Notes under the pieces: generated by a model
Told to the model about the DNA's origin: nothing
Database searches by the model: none
What the model saw: the letters and a program-made list of their open reading frames with translations, nothing else
Shown here: positions 19,011 to 27,787 of the stretch, in pieces
Layout: each line of letters starts with the position of its first letter
Numbering within the stretch: position 1 is the stretch's first letter
NCBI GenBank assembly: GCA_020428025.1
Contig: JAGQNO010000001.1
Coordinates: 1 to 53,126, forward strand
Origin: Candidatus Saccharimonadota bacterium
GTDB lineage: Bacteria; Patescibacteriota; Saccharimonadia; Saccharimonadales; UBA4665
Length of the DNA: 53,126 nt
Direction of reading: 5' to 3'
Made by a program: the position numbers and the translations under genes

Positions 19011-19697
19011 TTAGGCAGTATGCAAAGAAAACGCCGTAACTGCCGATTCTGGAGCCGCCGGCCCCTGCAGAGCCTGCGCTAAGACATCGGGGCCTGAGCG
19101 AGCCGTATCCTGTAGTGTAAACCGACGCAATTCTGCACCGTACTCCATAAGCGCCCGGCCGCAGTAGCTCACCATTCCTGGATAAATCTGCTCTGATGCA
19201 ACTGTGCGCAAATCGTTAAAATCGCTCGCCGCTTTTCTTAGGCCATCCAAACATATGGCAGATACAGCCTGTTCGCGCTCTGCTTCCCCTGCCGCAGCAA
19301 ATAAGGCTTTGTGCAAAACCTCAGCGTAGGGTAACTCTTGCTCTGCGGCCGCGCTCTCGGTAGCTATGCCCCAAATAACTGAAGAGCGGACTACATGCTG
19401 TCGGCCCGGTTTTGTGTCTATTGTACAGTCAGGGAGCTTGGTTGTCCTGTCTTGTAAGCTCACGACGCCTATGCTAGTCAGAAATGGCACAGTCCAGTGA
19501 AGACCAGGAGTTACTGAGCCATAATATTCTCCGCGCCGATTTGTTGGCCGCTGCCGATGCAAGCGCAACCCTCTTGACCCCTGCGGAACAGACACCAAGG
19601 ATTTAGCCACACCAAATCCACCGCCCGCCAAGCCCGTTAGGTACGGTAAATACCGAGTACCCTGAGTCACAACTTCGCTCACAAGATCTGCTGCCAT
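19011..19697 (-). CDS. Divergent SPFH/band-7-like protein
   Basis: VSVPQGSRGL...TPGLHWTVPFLTSIGVVSLQDRT matches the SPFH core pattern (v.e.er.v...pGlhf.iPf.d.v..v). C-terminal G.E.rrf.lqD pattern. By-eye assignment only. Confidence 0.45.
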   Translation of the reverse strand: MAADLVSEVVTQGTRYLPYLTGLAGGGFGVAKSLVSVPQGSRGLRLHRQRPTNRRGEYYGSVTPGLHWTVPFLTSIGVVSLQDRTTKLPDCTIDTKPGRQHVVRSSVIWGIATESAAAEQELPYAEVLHKALFAAAGEAEREQAVSAICLDGLRKAASDFNDLRTVASEQIYPGMVSYCGRALMEYGAELRRFTLQDTARSGPDVLAQALQGPAAPESAVTAFSLHTA

Positions 19698-19938
19698 AGT
19701 TATGACTCACTATACGCCCTTTACACGAATATGTGGAGTATTTACACGACAAACGCGCGTCTGTTCTGATCTTACGCGTAGCGCGGCCACTGCTGCTGGC
19801 AATTGTGCCGGCTGGCGTACTCACCAACATCCTATTCCCGCCGCTTGCGTTGTTTGACGGTGCGCCCACCATCCTCATTACCTGTTACGTCCTGTGGCGC
19901 GTGCACAAATACCGATTTGTCCAAACGCCCCAAAAATC

Positions 19939-20967
19939 CTAGCAAACAATGCCGCCGCCCAGCACGACATCACCATCATATAGAACCGCTGATTGTCCAG
20001 GCGTAATGGCGCGGACTTCATCATCCAAAATAAGCGTACTGACCCCATCAAATGTGCAGGCCACCAGCGGTGCGCGGTACCTGGTGCGGACAAGGTACTG
20101 GCCCTTCTCTGGCCGCCCGTTAATCCAATGTAGTGCGCCTAAATCTAATTTTTTGCGCCATAGTGCCGGGTCCGCTAAATCTGTAGTTACGTACACTTCA
20201 TTGCGCGCCATGTCTTTGCCGGTGACATAGTACGGCAAGCCGCCGCCCACGCCCAGACCGCTACGCTGGCCAATGGTATAAAAGAGCGCGCCATCGTGTT
20301 GGCCAATAACTTTGCCGCGCTGGTCCAGCAAATTCCCCGGTTTTTGCGGCCCCAGCTCCGCCAACAAGAAATCCTTTATGCCCACTTTGCCCACAAAACA
20401 GATGCCCTGGCTGTCTTTTTTATCTGCCGTGGCCAGACCCATTTTGGCTGCCTGCGCGCGCACTTCCGGCTTGGACAGTTCTCCAATGGGCATTAAGGAT
20501 TTTTGCAGCGCATCCTCTGTAACTCTGTACAAAAAATACGACTGGTCTTTATTAACGTCCAGCCCCGCTTTAAGCTGACCATTTTGGATACGAGCATAGT
20601 GACCAGTGGCAATCATATCCGCTCCATCTCCCAGCGCTGTCTCTAAAAAGAGCTTAAATTTGACCTCTTGGTTACACATAATGTCCGGGTTGGGCGTAAT
20701 GCCGGCCTGGTAGCCCTGGACCATGTAATCCACCACTTTTTGCCTATATTCTTTTTCAAAATCGTACATTTTGAACGGAATATCCAGCTGCACCGCCACC
20801 CGCTTGGCATCCTGGTAGTCCTGCTTCCACGGACAAGCAAAACCGGGCAAATCCTTGGACCAGTTCTTCATGTACACGCCCGTGACATCATAGCCCTGCT
20901 GCTTCAGCAGCGCAGCGGTGACGGAGCTATCTACCCCGCCGGACATCCCAACATAGACTTTTTGCAT
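19939..20967 (-). CDS. mnmA: tRNA-specific 2-thiouridylase
   Basis: PP-loop VGMSGGVDSSV, catalytic Cys motifs (DIMCN, SQGICF), 342 aa. Confidence 0.95.
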   Translation of the reverse strand: MQKVYVGMSGGVDSSVTAALLKQQGYDVTGVYMKNWSKDLPGFACPWKQDYQDAKRVAVQLDIPFKMYDFEKEYRQKVVDYMVQGYQAGITPNPDIMCNQEVKFKLFLETALGDGADMIATGHYARIQNGQLKAGLDVNKDQSYFLYRVTEDALQKSLMPIGELSKPEVRAQAAKMGLATADKKDSQGICFVGKVGIKDFLLAELGPQKPGNLLDQRGKVIGQHDGALFYTIGQRSGLGVGGGLPYYVTGKDMARNEVYVTTDLADPALWRKKLDLGALHWINGRPEKGQYLVRTRYRAPLVACTFDGVSTLILDDEVRAITPGQSAVLYDGDVVLGGGIVC

Positions 20968-21027
20968 TTACATATTATATCAGGGGCTTTCAGTGTTCTG
21001 GCTTAGCATATAGACTATAGTCGATAT

Positions 21028-21045
21028 TATAGATTATAATCTATA
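21028..21045. promoter_or_regulatory. Perfect 18-bp palindrome TATAGATTATAATCTATA (candidate operator/promoter) upstream of mnmA
   Basis: Self-complementary over all 18 nt and contains TATAAT on both strands. A second 10-bp palindrome GACTATAGTC lies at 21013-21022. Confidence 0.4.
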
Positions 21046-21071
21046 TGCATAGAAGTGCGCGCGCCGCGGGG

Positions 21072-21965
21072 TTATTGCCGTTCAGCACTCTCAAGCTCAC
21101 GCCGCAAAACATACAACTGATGCCGCCGCCCCAACCAAAACGATGTAAACAGCAGCGGAAGCACCAACAAAATCGGCCACCATAAAACAATCACCTTGGT
21201 TATAACTGATGAGGTGTTTTTGCCAGAAGCCGCCCCGCCCTGGCTGGCGCCATTGGCTACCGCTACCAGCTGCAAAAAGGCCGTCGTGCCATTTTTGTCG
21301 GTGACGCGCACGGTTACTTTATAAATACCAGCGGCGTTATATGTATGATCAATAGAAAAGTCGCCGGCAAAGTTCAAGCTCTTAAGCTGGGGGGCAGAAC
21401 CGTCGCCCCAGTCTACGCTGACCGCATACGGGCCCACGCCGCCGCTTAAAATCAGCGGCCAAGACAACGAGGTGCCAGGATTGACGCCGCGGCGGGCGTA
21501 TAAAGAAGTTAGAGACACCACCGTGCCAAACTGGGCAAATTGGGCATCTTTGTACGTTACATTTACGGTGTTAGAGTCTGGGCCGGCTTGGTCCAAGGCG
21601 TCGTAGACACGAGCTACCAGCGCGTTAGCGCCGGCAAACAACGTGGCCTGCAGGGTATAGCTGCCGCCCTTACAGGTGGTGGAGCCAATAAACACGTTGT
21701 TAGAGAAAATCTTAACCAGTGTGCCATTTGGACACAAACCGGCAATGGTAATCGGCATGGTACTAACGGTGGAGCCGTTGCCGGGCGTAGTAATGGTGGC
21801 CGCAGTTTTGGGCGGGTCCGTGCTAATGGTGCCTTCCAGGCCAATCTGGCCGGACTGCGGGTTCTGCGAGGTATCCGTGGCGGCCAGCACCGGAGCAACG
21901 CTACCAAAACTTAGCAGCAGCCCCAGAAGACTAGCGGCGGCGGCTTTGCGAACGCGCCACCACAC
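21072..21965 (-). CDS. Membrane-anchored surface protein with Ig-like and PKD-like domains (last gene of surface locus)
   Basis: GTG start at 21965 gives signal peptide MWWRVRKAAAASLLGLLLSFGSVAPVLAA. Ig-like ITIAGLCPNGTLVKIF..TTCKGGSYTL. PKD-like LILSGGVGPYAVSVDWGDGSAP. C-terminal TM with FWLGRRH. Confidence 0.6.
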   Translation of the reverse strand: MWWRVRKAAAASLLGLLLSFGSVAPVLAATDTSQNPQSGQIGLEGTISTDPPKTAATITTPGNGSTVSTMPITIAGLCPNGTLVKIFSNNVFIGSTTCKGGSYTLQATLFAGANALVARVYDALDQAGPDSNTVNVTYKDAQFAQFGTVVSLTSLYARRGVNPGTSLSWPLILSGGVGPYAVSVDWGDGSAPQLKSLNFAGDFSIDHTYNAAGIYKVTVRVTDKNGTTAFLQLVAVANGASQGGAASGKNTSSVITKVIVLWWPILLVLPLLFTSFWLGRRHQLYVLRRELESAERQ

Positions 21966-22983
21966 GGCGGTTGTAAGCCTTGATTGCTCGCGGCAGCCCA
22001 AAGATGGCGGCCAGCAGCAGCACAATTAACAGTACAAACAGTACAATTGCCCAGAACGGAATAATGTAGAAGTTGGTACTAGCCGTGATTAGCGACCCGT
22101 TGGAGCCGTAGCCAAAGTTGCCAACAAGTTTGTAGGCACCAATTTTGCCCAGCTTGGTGGTGAACGGAATATCAAACTTACGAATACTACCTGGCAGCAC
22201 GTTACCGCGCGGGGTTTCATTGTTGACTTCGTAGTTGGCAATGATTTTACCGCGCCAGGTCTGCAGCTGGATTTTGCCAAAGGGCTGCTCTTGGATATCC
22301 CCGGCGTTTTGGAAGCGGACGGTAGCCTTGAGCTTGTCAGGACTGCTAAAAATGGTGCGGGGAGCATCGATTTGGTTGGGGCCAACAATTTTGCGGACAT
22401 CTAGGCTTGCCACGCTGAGCGCTTCGCGGATGTCGCCCGGCACAGTGACTAGGATAAGCGACCCAACACTAGCAGATAGCGTTACGTTCTTAGAGGCCGC
22501 ATTGTCTGAGCTAGCAGGCACAAAACGCACGGCGCCGTAGTAGCCACCGGCTTTGTAGTCTTTGGGTACGGTAACAGGCACGTTAATGTTGGCCGTCTGG
22601 CCCGGAGACAATGTTACGTTAGGAATATCGCCCACCAAGCGCTTTAGGCTGTGGCTTTGGGCAAATTGGTTGGAGTCTAGAATGATTTGCGGCTGACCGG
22701 TTTCATCGGTGGCGGCGGTAAAGTCGTTAATAACTACTTTGTAGCTAGCCACCTGGGAGGTAACGTTTTCTACCGTAACTGGCACAATTTGGGTACTGCC
22801 GGCATTAACCGTAATATCTGAGCGCACCGGCGATATTTTAAGCCCGCTAGAACTGGCAGATCCGTTGGCCGCAATAGGTTTAGTGGCTTGCGTGGCGGGT
22901 GCAGCGGCAGCGATGCCTCCACTTAGAAGAATACTGCCAGCTACCACCAGGCTGAACAGATTCATGAGCCTTACACGCAACAT
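21931..22983 (-). CDS. DUF916/DUF3324-type (CscA-like) cell-surface protein with C-terminal TM anchor
   Basis: Signal peptide MLRVRLMNLFSLVVAGSILLSGGIAAAA. Two Ig-like halves with KAGGYYGAVRF and LPGSIRKFDIPF..IGAYKLVGNF patterns typical of these families. C-terminal TM and basic tail. Confidence 0.55.
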   Translation of the reverse strand: MLRVRLMNLFSLVVAGSILLSGGIAAAAPATQATKPIAANGSASSSGLKISPVRSDITVNAGSTQIVPVTVENVTSQVASYKVVINDFTAATDETGQPQIILDSNQFAQSHSLKRLVGDIPNVTLSPGQTANINVPVTVPKDYKAGGYYGAVRFVPASSDNAASKNVTLSASVGSLILVTVPGDIREALSVASLDVRKIVGPNQIDAPRTIFSSPDKLKATVRFQNAGDIQEQPFGKIQLQTWRGKIIANYEVNNETPRGNVLPGSIRKFDIPFTTKLGKIGAYKLVGNFGYGSNGSLITASTNFYIIPFWAIVLFVLLIVLLLAAIFGLPRAIKAYNRRVVARSQSRRR

Positions 22984-23175
22984 ATTTTTTGGATCCTTTT
23001 TTACTCTTTGCTCATATAGTAACAAAGTGGTTACGCTTTTGGCAAATGCCCTTTTGGCGCTTTTACCAGAATGGCCGATTTCTAAAAGCCCACGCGGCGG
23101 CCACGCTATGGGCCTTCTATGCTACCAAACCTAAGCTTCTGGAAATCGCCGTCGCCGGGAGATCCCGTAAACAAA

Positions 23176-24213
23176 CTAAAACGTCCCCAGAGCCACATAG
23201 CTCATGGTAGACACGTACACGCCCGGTGCCTGGCCAGCCGGCACATTAACCACGTAGGTCACGGTGTACTTGCGGGCCTCGTCTGGCTGGGTGGTTACGG
23301 CAATGGCGTCGCCAGGATTAAAGGCAAATTTGTTAATCTGATTGTAGCTGGCAGTGGGCAGACCAAAGCCGGTGCCGGAGACATCTTGCCCACCCTGCGG
23401 GGCGCTGTTGGCACGTAAGTTTATACCAAATTGGCCAGTTCCGGTCTGCACTGGGCTGGCGCCAGTTAGGGCTGGGATGACATTATTACCAGAGGTCATA
23501 GTAGTGCCGCCCACATAGATAGAATAACCGCTAATAGCGTTGCTGGCGGCCAAGATTTGGCTGGTGCCCTGGCTGGTTATGCGGCTAGAAAGTTCGCCAA
23601 AGTTGACGTAATCGCCCTGCACATTGTTGCAATCATAGCCAGTTATAGTCACCCCAACGCACATTAAAAGGTACGGCGGGACGGTAGCCTTAATGCTAAT
23701 ATCCATGTTAATTGCGTACGCAATGCCGCCGGTGTAGCTGGGCACGCCGCTCAGGTTGCCGTCTTGGTAGGTAAGCACGCGCACATAGTAGGAACCCTCT
23801 GCGTCTGGGTTGCGTACGCCGTCAAACTCATAGGTGCTAAGCAGCTGGCTGGCAGCCAGTGGCGGCCGCATAATGACGATTTGGTTGGTGGTGGTCTGCG
23901 GGCTCATGACAAAGCCCATTTCTCCAGACTGACTCAGCAGTACAGCTTGGCTAACATCTAGGCCGGCGGGGGGCGTACAGGGCGACTCCGGGAATGGGTC
24001 GTTGGCACATATTTGAAATACAATGGTCTGCACCGTGTCCATGCCGGGCATTTGCAAGCTAAATTTGTAGCGACTCGTGCCCGCCGCCAAAGCGTTAGAC
24101 AACATCAGCGATCGATTTTGCAGCTGCGTGCCCTGCGCCCACAAACTCTGCGCAAACACTAGCAGCGCACAGAGCGCTAGGAGCAGACCGGCGGCAAACT
24201 GCGTCCGCTTCAT
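23176..24213 (-). CDS. Secreted surface protein, GTF-tail family (member D, 345 aa)
   Basis: Start at MKRTQFAAGLLLALCALLVFAQSLWA (signal peptide). Shares GTGQFGINLRAN, GDAIA and the C-terminus APGVYVSTMSYVALGTF with neighbours. Confidence 0.7.
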   Translation of the reverse strand: MKRTQFAAGLLLALCALLVFAQSLWAQGTQLQNRSLMLSNALAAGTSRYKFSLQMPGMDTVQTIVFQICANDPFPESPCTPPAGLDVSQAVLLSQSGEMGFVMSPQTTTNQIVIMRPPLAASQLLSTYEFDGVRNPDAEGSYYVRVLTYQDGNLSGVPSYTGGIAYAINMDISIKATVPPYLLMCVGVTITGYDCNNVQGDYVNFGELSSRITSQGTSQILAASNAISGYSIYVGGTTMTSGNNVIPALTGASPVQTGTGQFGINLRANSAPQGGQDVSGTGFGLPTASYNQINKFAFNPGDAIAVTTQPDEARKYTVTYVVNVPAGQAPGVYVSTMSYVALGTF

Positions 24214-24223
24214 GGGGTGGCCC

Positions 24224-25513
24224 TTAGAACGTACCGGTTGCAATCATGGCTAGGTTGGCGGTGTAGATACCGGCCGGGGTGGTGCTAGCTGCGGTAGCGG
24301 CAAAGTCGTACTTGTTAATCAGCAAGTTTACTGGGGAGGTAGAGTAGGCAACGCGGTCACCGTACAGTGTCTTAACGTTATCGACACTGGTGGTATCCAT
24401 GGCGTAATGGCTGAGAGTGCCATCGTTATAGTTGGTGTCGCATGTTATGGCACCGACGCTTAAGACTAGGTCTGCGTTGGTGCTGTCGTTGCAGTGCATA
24501 CCAAAGGCAGCTGTTCCAGCCGTGATTGCACCAGGGGTTGCTGCACCGGCATTAGCTGCTGGGATAGCACAGGTTACGCCAGCATCGATGCTTAAGCCAC
24601 CACAAGCATTACTGTTTTGCATTCTTATGGCCACGCCGTTCAAGGCGTTAGTAGAGGTGATTGTAAAGACAGACCCGGTGTCTACCGCGGAGGTGTCCAA
24701 GGTGTTGTTAGTGCCGTGTCCTAAGGTGATTGCGGGGACCACTAAGTTACCCGTAGGCGTACAGCTGGTCGGTGATGTAGGCGCTCCAGGAGGTGGCGTG
24801 GTACTGCCGCTGACACAGAAGGTTAGTGTTTCCTGGACCTTAGCCGTTACCTGAATTACGTAGGCGGTACTGAGCGCAAAACCACCGTAATCCTGATACG
24901 AACCTGGCGCAGCGTGCGTGTAAGCAGCTGGAGCGGTGTCCGATGTGTAGGTAATCAAGCGGGCATAAAAGGTACCAAGTTCACTTGTGTTGGTAACACC
25001 ATTAATCGCAAACGAGTAGGCAGTACCGGCCGTAACGCCAACGCCGGTGCTATCTGACATAGTAAAGGTTTGACCGGAGTTTAGTGAGCTGGCTGTCCAG
25101 CCAGCGCCCAAGCTGCTGTAGGCTACAGGGGTTGATGTGGTGTTGTCCGTATACGCACTGGTGTCTATGGTTGGTGTTGCACCAACGGTAAATCCTGCCG
25201 GAGCGGGACAGTTGGCGTCTTCAATAAACGGCGTACCGCCGGTGCCAGAACAAAAGTCAATTACTATGCCCTTTAAGGTGTACGCGGTAGCCGATGTAAA
25301 CGTAACGCGGTAGCTTACGTTGGTACCGCTACCCACACCGGTAGTAATAGCCCCACCGCTCACGCCGCTATCGCTCATTTTTATGGAGCGGAACTGCACC
25401 TGACCACCAGCGCCAGCGGCCAAAACAACGGCCGTTGGCGACATCGCAAACAGCATACCTAGCGTCATTAGGACGCTGAGTGGCCGTTGAATTCGTTGTT
25501 TAAAAGTGTTCAT
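24224..25513 (-). CDS. Secreted surface protein, GTF-tail family (member C, 429 aa)
   Basis: Start at MNTFKQRIQRPLSVLMTLGMLFAMSPTAVVLAA. Close paralog of 25641-26876. C-terminus TPAGIYTANLAMIATGTF. Confidence 0.7.
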   Translation of the reverse strand: MNTFKQRIQRPLSVLMTLGMLFAMSPTAVVLAAGAGGQVQFRSIKMSDSGVSGGAITTGVGSGTNVSYRVTFTSATAYTLKGIVIDFCSGTGGTPFIEDANCPAPAGFTVGATPTIDTSAYTDNTTSTPVAYSSLGAGWTASSLNSGQTFTMSDSTGVGVTAGTAYSFAINGVTNTSELGTFYARLITYTSDTAPAAYTHAAPGSYQDYGGFALSTAYVIQVTAKVQETLTFCVSGSTTPPPGAPTSPTSCTPTGNLVVPAITLGHGTNNTLDTSAVDTGSVFTITSTNALNGVAIRMQNSNACGGLSIDAGVTCAIPAANAGAATPGAITAGTAAFGMHCNDSTNADLVLSVGAITCDTNYNDGTLSHYAMDTTSVDNVKTLYGDRVAYSTSPVNLLINKYDFAATAASTTPAGIYTANLAMIATGTF

Positions 25514-25640
25514 GAGGTTGTGCGGTTGTTTGATTTTTAATTTCCCTTGTGTTGATAGTATCACGCTTGTCAATGTAAGCGCAAGCATTTCCCTCCTGGG
25601 GCGCCCTCTTTGGTGTTTTTGGATGTGTAATTGTTTCATT

Positions 25641-26876
25641 TTAGAATGTCCCCGTAGCAATTAATGCTAAGTTAGCGCTGTACAAACCGGCCGGCGTCGA
25701 GTTGCTGGCTGTGGCGCCAAACGTAAGTGTGTTATTAACATTACTAACAGGTCCAGTGCTAGAAGCAATGTTGTCGCCAAAGGTGGTCGTAACATTGCTG
25801 CCGCTGGTGGTACTATCCATAGCAAAATGAGCCACATTGCCATCGTAATAGTTTCCATCTGGCGTTATAGTTCCAGTGCCACTAGTGCCAAGACTAATAT
25901 TCATGCCAAAAGCCGCCGTGCCAGCGGTCATCGCAAAAGGTGTGGCACCACCGGCATTTACCGGCGGAATATCACAAGTTGTGCCGCCATCAACACTTAA
26001 GCCACCGCAGGCGTTACTGTTGTGCATTCTAATGACTACCCCGCTTAGGGCGTTGGTAGAGACCTGCGTGTAGGCTAATCCGGTGTCTACATTTGAGGAA
26101 TCGATAATTTTTGCCGTACCGCCGGCAGTGTGTCCCAACGTTATAGCTGGTGTGGTTACGCCGCCGCAGTTAGCAGCAGGAGCGGCGCCAGATACGCAGA
26201 AGATTAAACTTTCCTGAACGCGCGCCGTAATGGTAATGACCATGGCGGTACTCAGCGCAACACCGCCAAAGTCCTGCTCGCCGCCAGTGGCTGCCGTTTG
26301 GTTGTGGGCTTGGGCCTGGGCGGCTGATGTATAGGTATAAATACGTGCGTAGAATGTGCCTACGGTGCTGGGGTTAGTAAACCCGTTGGATGTGCCGTTG
26401 CCCATTTCTATTATGAGCGGCGATGTTAAAGAAGATGCTGAGGCGCGCGTTAGAACAATCCGGTTTGCCACCGGACCAGTGGTGTAAACCCCAAAGTTGC
26501 CCCCGGCGCCCACACCGCTCTGAGTGCCAAGTGTGGTGGTGGCGCTGTTGGCGTTAAAGCCGGTGGGCGTGGTACACGTATCGAAGTACAGTGGGCTGTT
26601 AGCACAAAAATCTACGACTATACCACCCACAGCGCCGTTGTTGCCCACGCTAAATTTGAGCTTGTACGCCACGTTGGTGCCGCTGCCAACCCCTGTTGTA
26701 ATCGTGCCGCCGGAGGGGCCGGAATCGCTCATAGTAATGCTGCGGCCGTTGAGCTGCGCTGCCCAGACGGTGGCCGGCATAGCGGTAGAAATCAGCAAAG
26801 ACAAAACCATCACCACCGCTGGAAGCGATGGCGTGCCATCAAATATACGCTGAATGTGGCCGATGTATTTTTTCAT
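25641..26876 (-). CDS. Secreted surface protein, GTF-tail family (member B, 411 aa)
   Basis: Signal anchor LPAVVMVLSLLISTAMPATVWA. RSITMSDSGPSGGTITTGVGSGTNV block shared with member C. C-terminus TPAGLYSANLALIATGTF. Confidence 0.7.
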   Translation of the reverse strand: MKKYIGHIQRIFDGTPSLPAVVMVLSLLISTAMPATVWAAQLNGRSITMSDSGPSGGTITTGVGSGTNVAYKLKFSVGNNGAVGGIVVDFCANSPLYFDTCTTPTGFNANSATTTLGTQSGVGAGGNFGVYTTGPVANRIVLTRASASSLTSPLIIEMGNGTSNGFTNPSTVGTFYARIYTYTSAAQAQAHNQTAATGGEQDFGGVALSTAMVITITARVQESLIFCVSGAAPAANCGGVTTPAITLGHTAGGTAKIIDSSNVDTGLAYTQVSTNALSGVVIRMHNSNACGGLSVDGGTTCDIPPVNAGGATPFAMTAGTAAFGMNISLGTSGTGTITPDGNYYDGNVAHFAMDSTTSGSNVTTTFGDNIASSTGPVSNVNNTLTFGATASNSTPAGLYSANLALIATGTF

Positions 26877-26975
26877 TTTTTGGTTTTGGGCATTGTAGCA
26901 GCTATAATCTGCTGTTATTTTAGCTTCACCTTAGCTTAGCGTAGCACTAGCGGAATAAACATGCAAGGGGTGTGT

Positions 26976-27737
26976 TTAAAAAGTCGATGTAGCCACCAGC
27001 ACGTGCTGCAGCGTGTACTGCCCGCCCGGCGTGGCGTTGGAAACATTAAACAAGTATGAAATGGTGTAATCTGTCTCGCCGCTACTCTTGTTGCTGTAGG
27101 CAATGGTATCGCCGGTAACGTACTTAAAATAGTTGGGCGTATCGTAGCCAGCGGCGGCCTGACCAAAACTAAAACTGGCATCCGGCGCCTGGGAAGGATT
27201 TGCGCCAAACGTCACCGGCGCGGTGTTGGCCACCAAGTTAATGCCAAACTGCTCCGTGCCCACGCTAGAAATTGCGGGGGTAGTTAGACCCAACATAATG
27301 TAGCTGCTATTGGTTGGCCCCGGCGATGTCTGCACCACTGTATATCCGTTAGACAGGTATGTTTTTACCGTAAAAGTTGCCGTGGCCGTCTTGGCTGCCG
27401 TAGATGTAAGCGTGCCTAAGTTGGTACCGGGATTGGTTACTGTAAATTGCAGCCAAGGCTGTCGGTCTGTGTTAAAACCAGCGTTAGATTGGTAGCTGGT
27501 GCTGGTAGTGTTGCCCACCGCCGTCTCTCCTGCTGCCTGCTTAGAGCAGTACGTGCTGGAACAAGCGCGCAGGTTGCCGCCGCTGCCAAAGAAAATTTCG
27601 TTTACTCGGTAATTGCTAGACGATGCCTGCGGCACAGTATTTGCCAACACAATAGCCGGCGCCAAGACCAGCAGAGCACCAACCAGAATTACAGCCAGAG
27701 CGATTTGTTTGCGCAGCATACATCTATAGTATGCCAT
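26976..27737 (-). CDS. Secreted surface protein, GTF-tail family (member A, short form; start may be ATG 27719)
   Basis: Signal peptide MLRKQIALAVILVGALLVLAPAIVLA. GTEQFGINLVAN, GDTIAY and C-terminus TPGGQYTLQHVLVATSTF. Confidence 0.7.
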   Translation of the reverse strand: MAYYRCMLRKQIALAVILVGALLVLAPAIVLANTVPQASSSNYRVNEIFFGSGGNLRACSSTYCSKQAAGETAVGNTTSTSYQSNAGFNTDRQPWLQFTVTNPGTNLGTLTSTAAKTATATFTVKTYLSNGYTVVQTSPGPTNSSYIMLGLTTPAISSVGTEQFGINLVANTAPVTFGANPSQAPDASFSFGQAAAGYDTPNYFKYVTGDTIAYSNKSSGETDYTISYLFNVSNATPGGQYTLQHVLVATSTF

Positions 27738-27787
27738 AAGCGGAATATGCTAGACTACAAGCAGCACGTAATACATGCAAGAACAGG

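Noticed and set aside
19603-20093. Minus-strand ORFs 19603-19878 and 19878-20093 and plus-strand ORF 19803-20006
   Set aside because: They overlap the SPFH-like gene, the mnmA 3' end or each other. They have Arg/Ser/Cys/Trp-rich shadow composition and no start-site signals.
21540-22029. Plus- and minus-strand alternative ORFs (21540-21914, 21614-21907, 21676-22029) across the PKD gene
   Set aside because: They sit in alternative frames of a gene with a clear signal peptide, PKD motif and a paralog elsewhere. The alternative translations are low-complexity Arg/Pro/Gly.
24432-26853. Antisense ORFs within the GTF-tail genes (24432-24854, 25876-26073, 26524-26853)
   Set aside because: They are reverse-frame artefacts of Gly/Thr/Ala-rich coding sequence. 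The sense frames are mutually homologous across four genes, which the antisense frames are not expected to explain.
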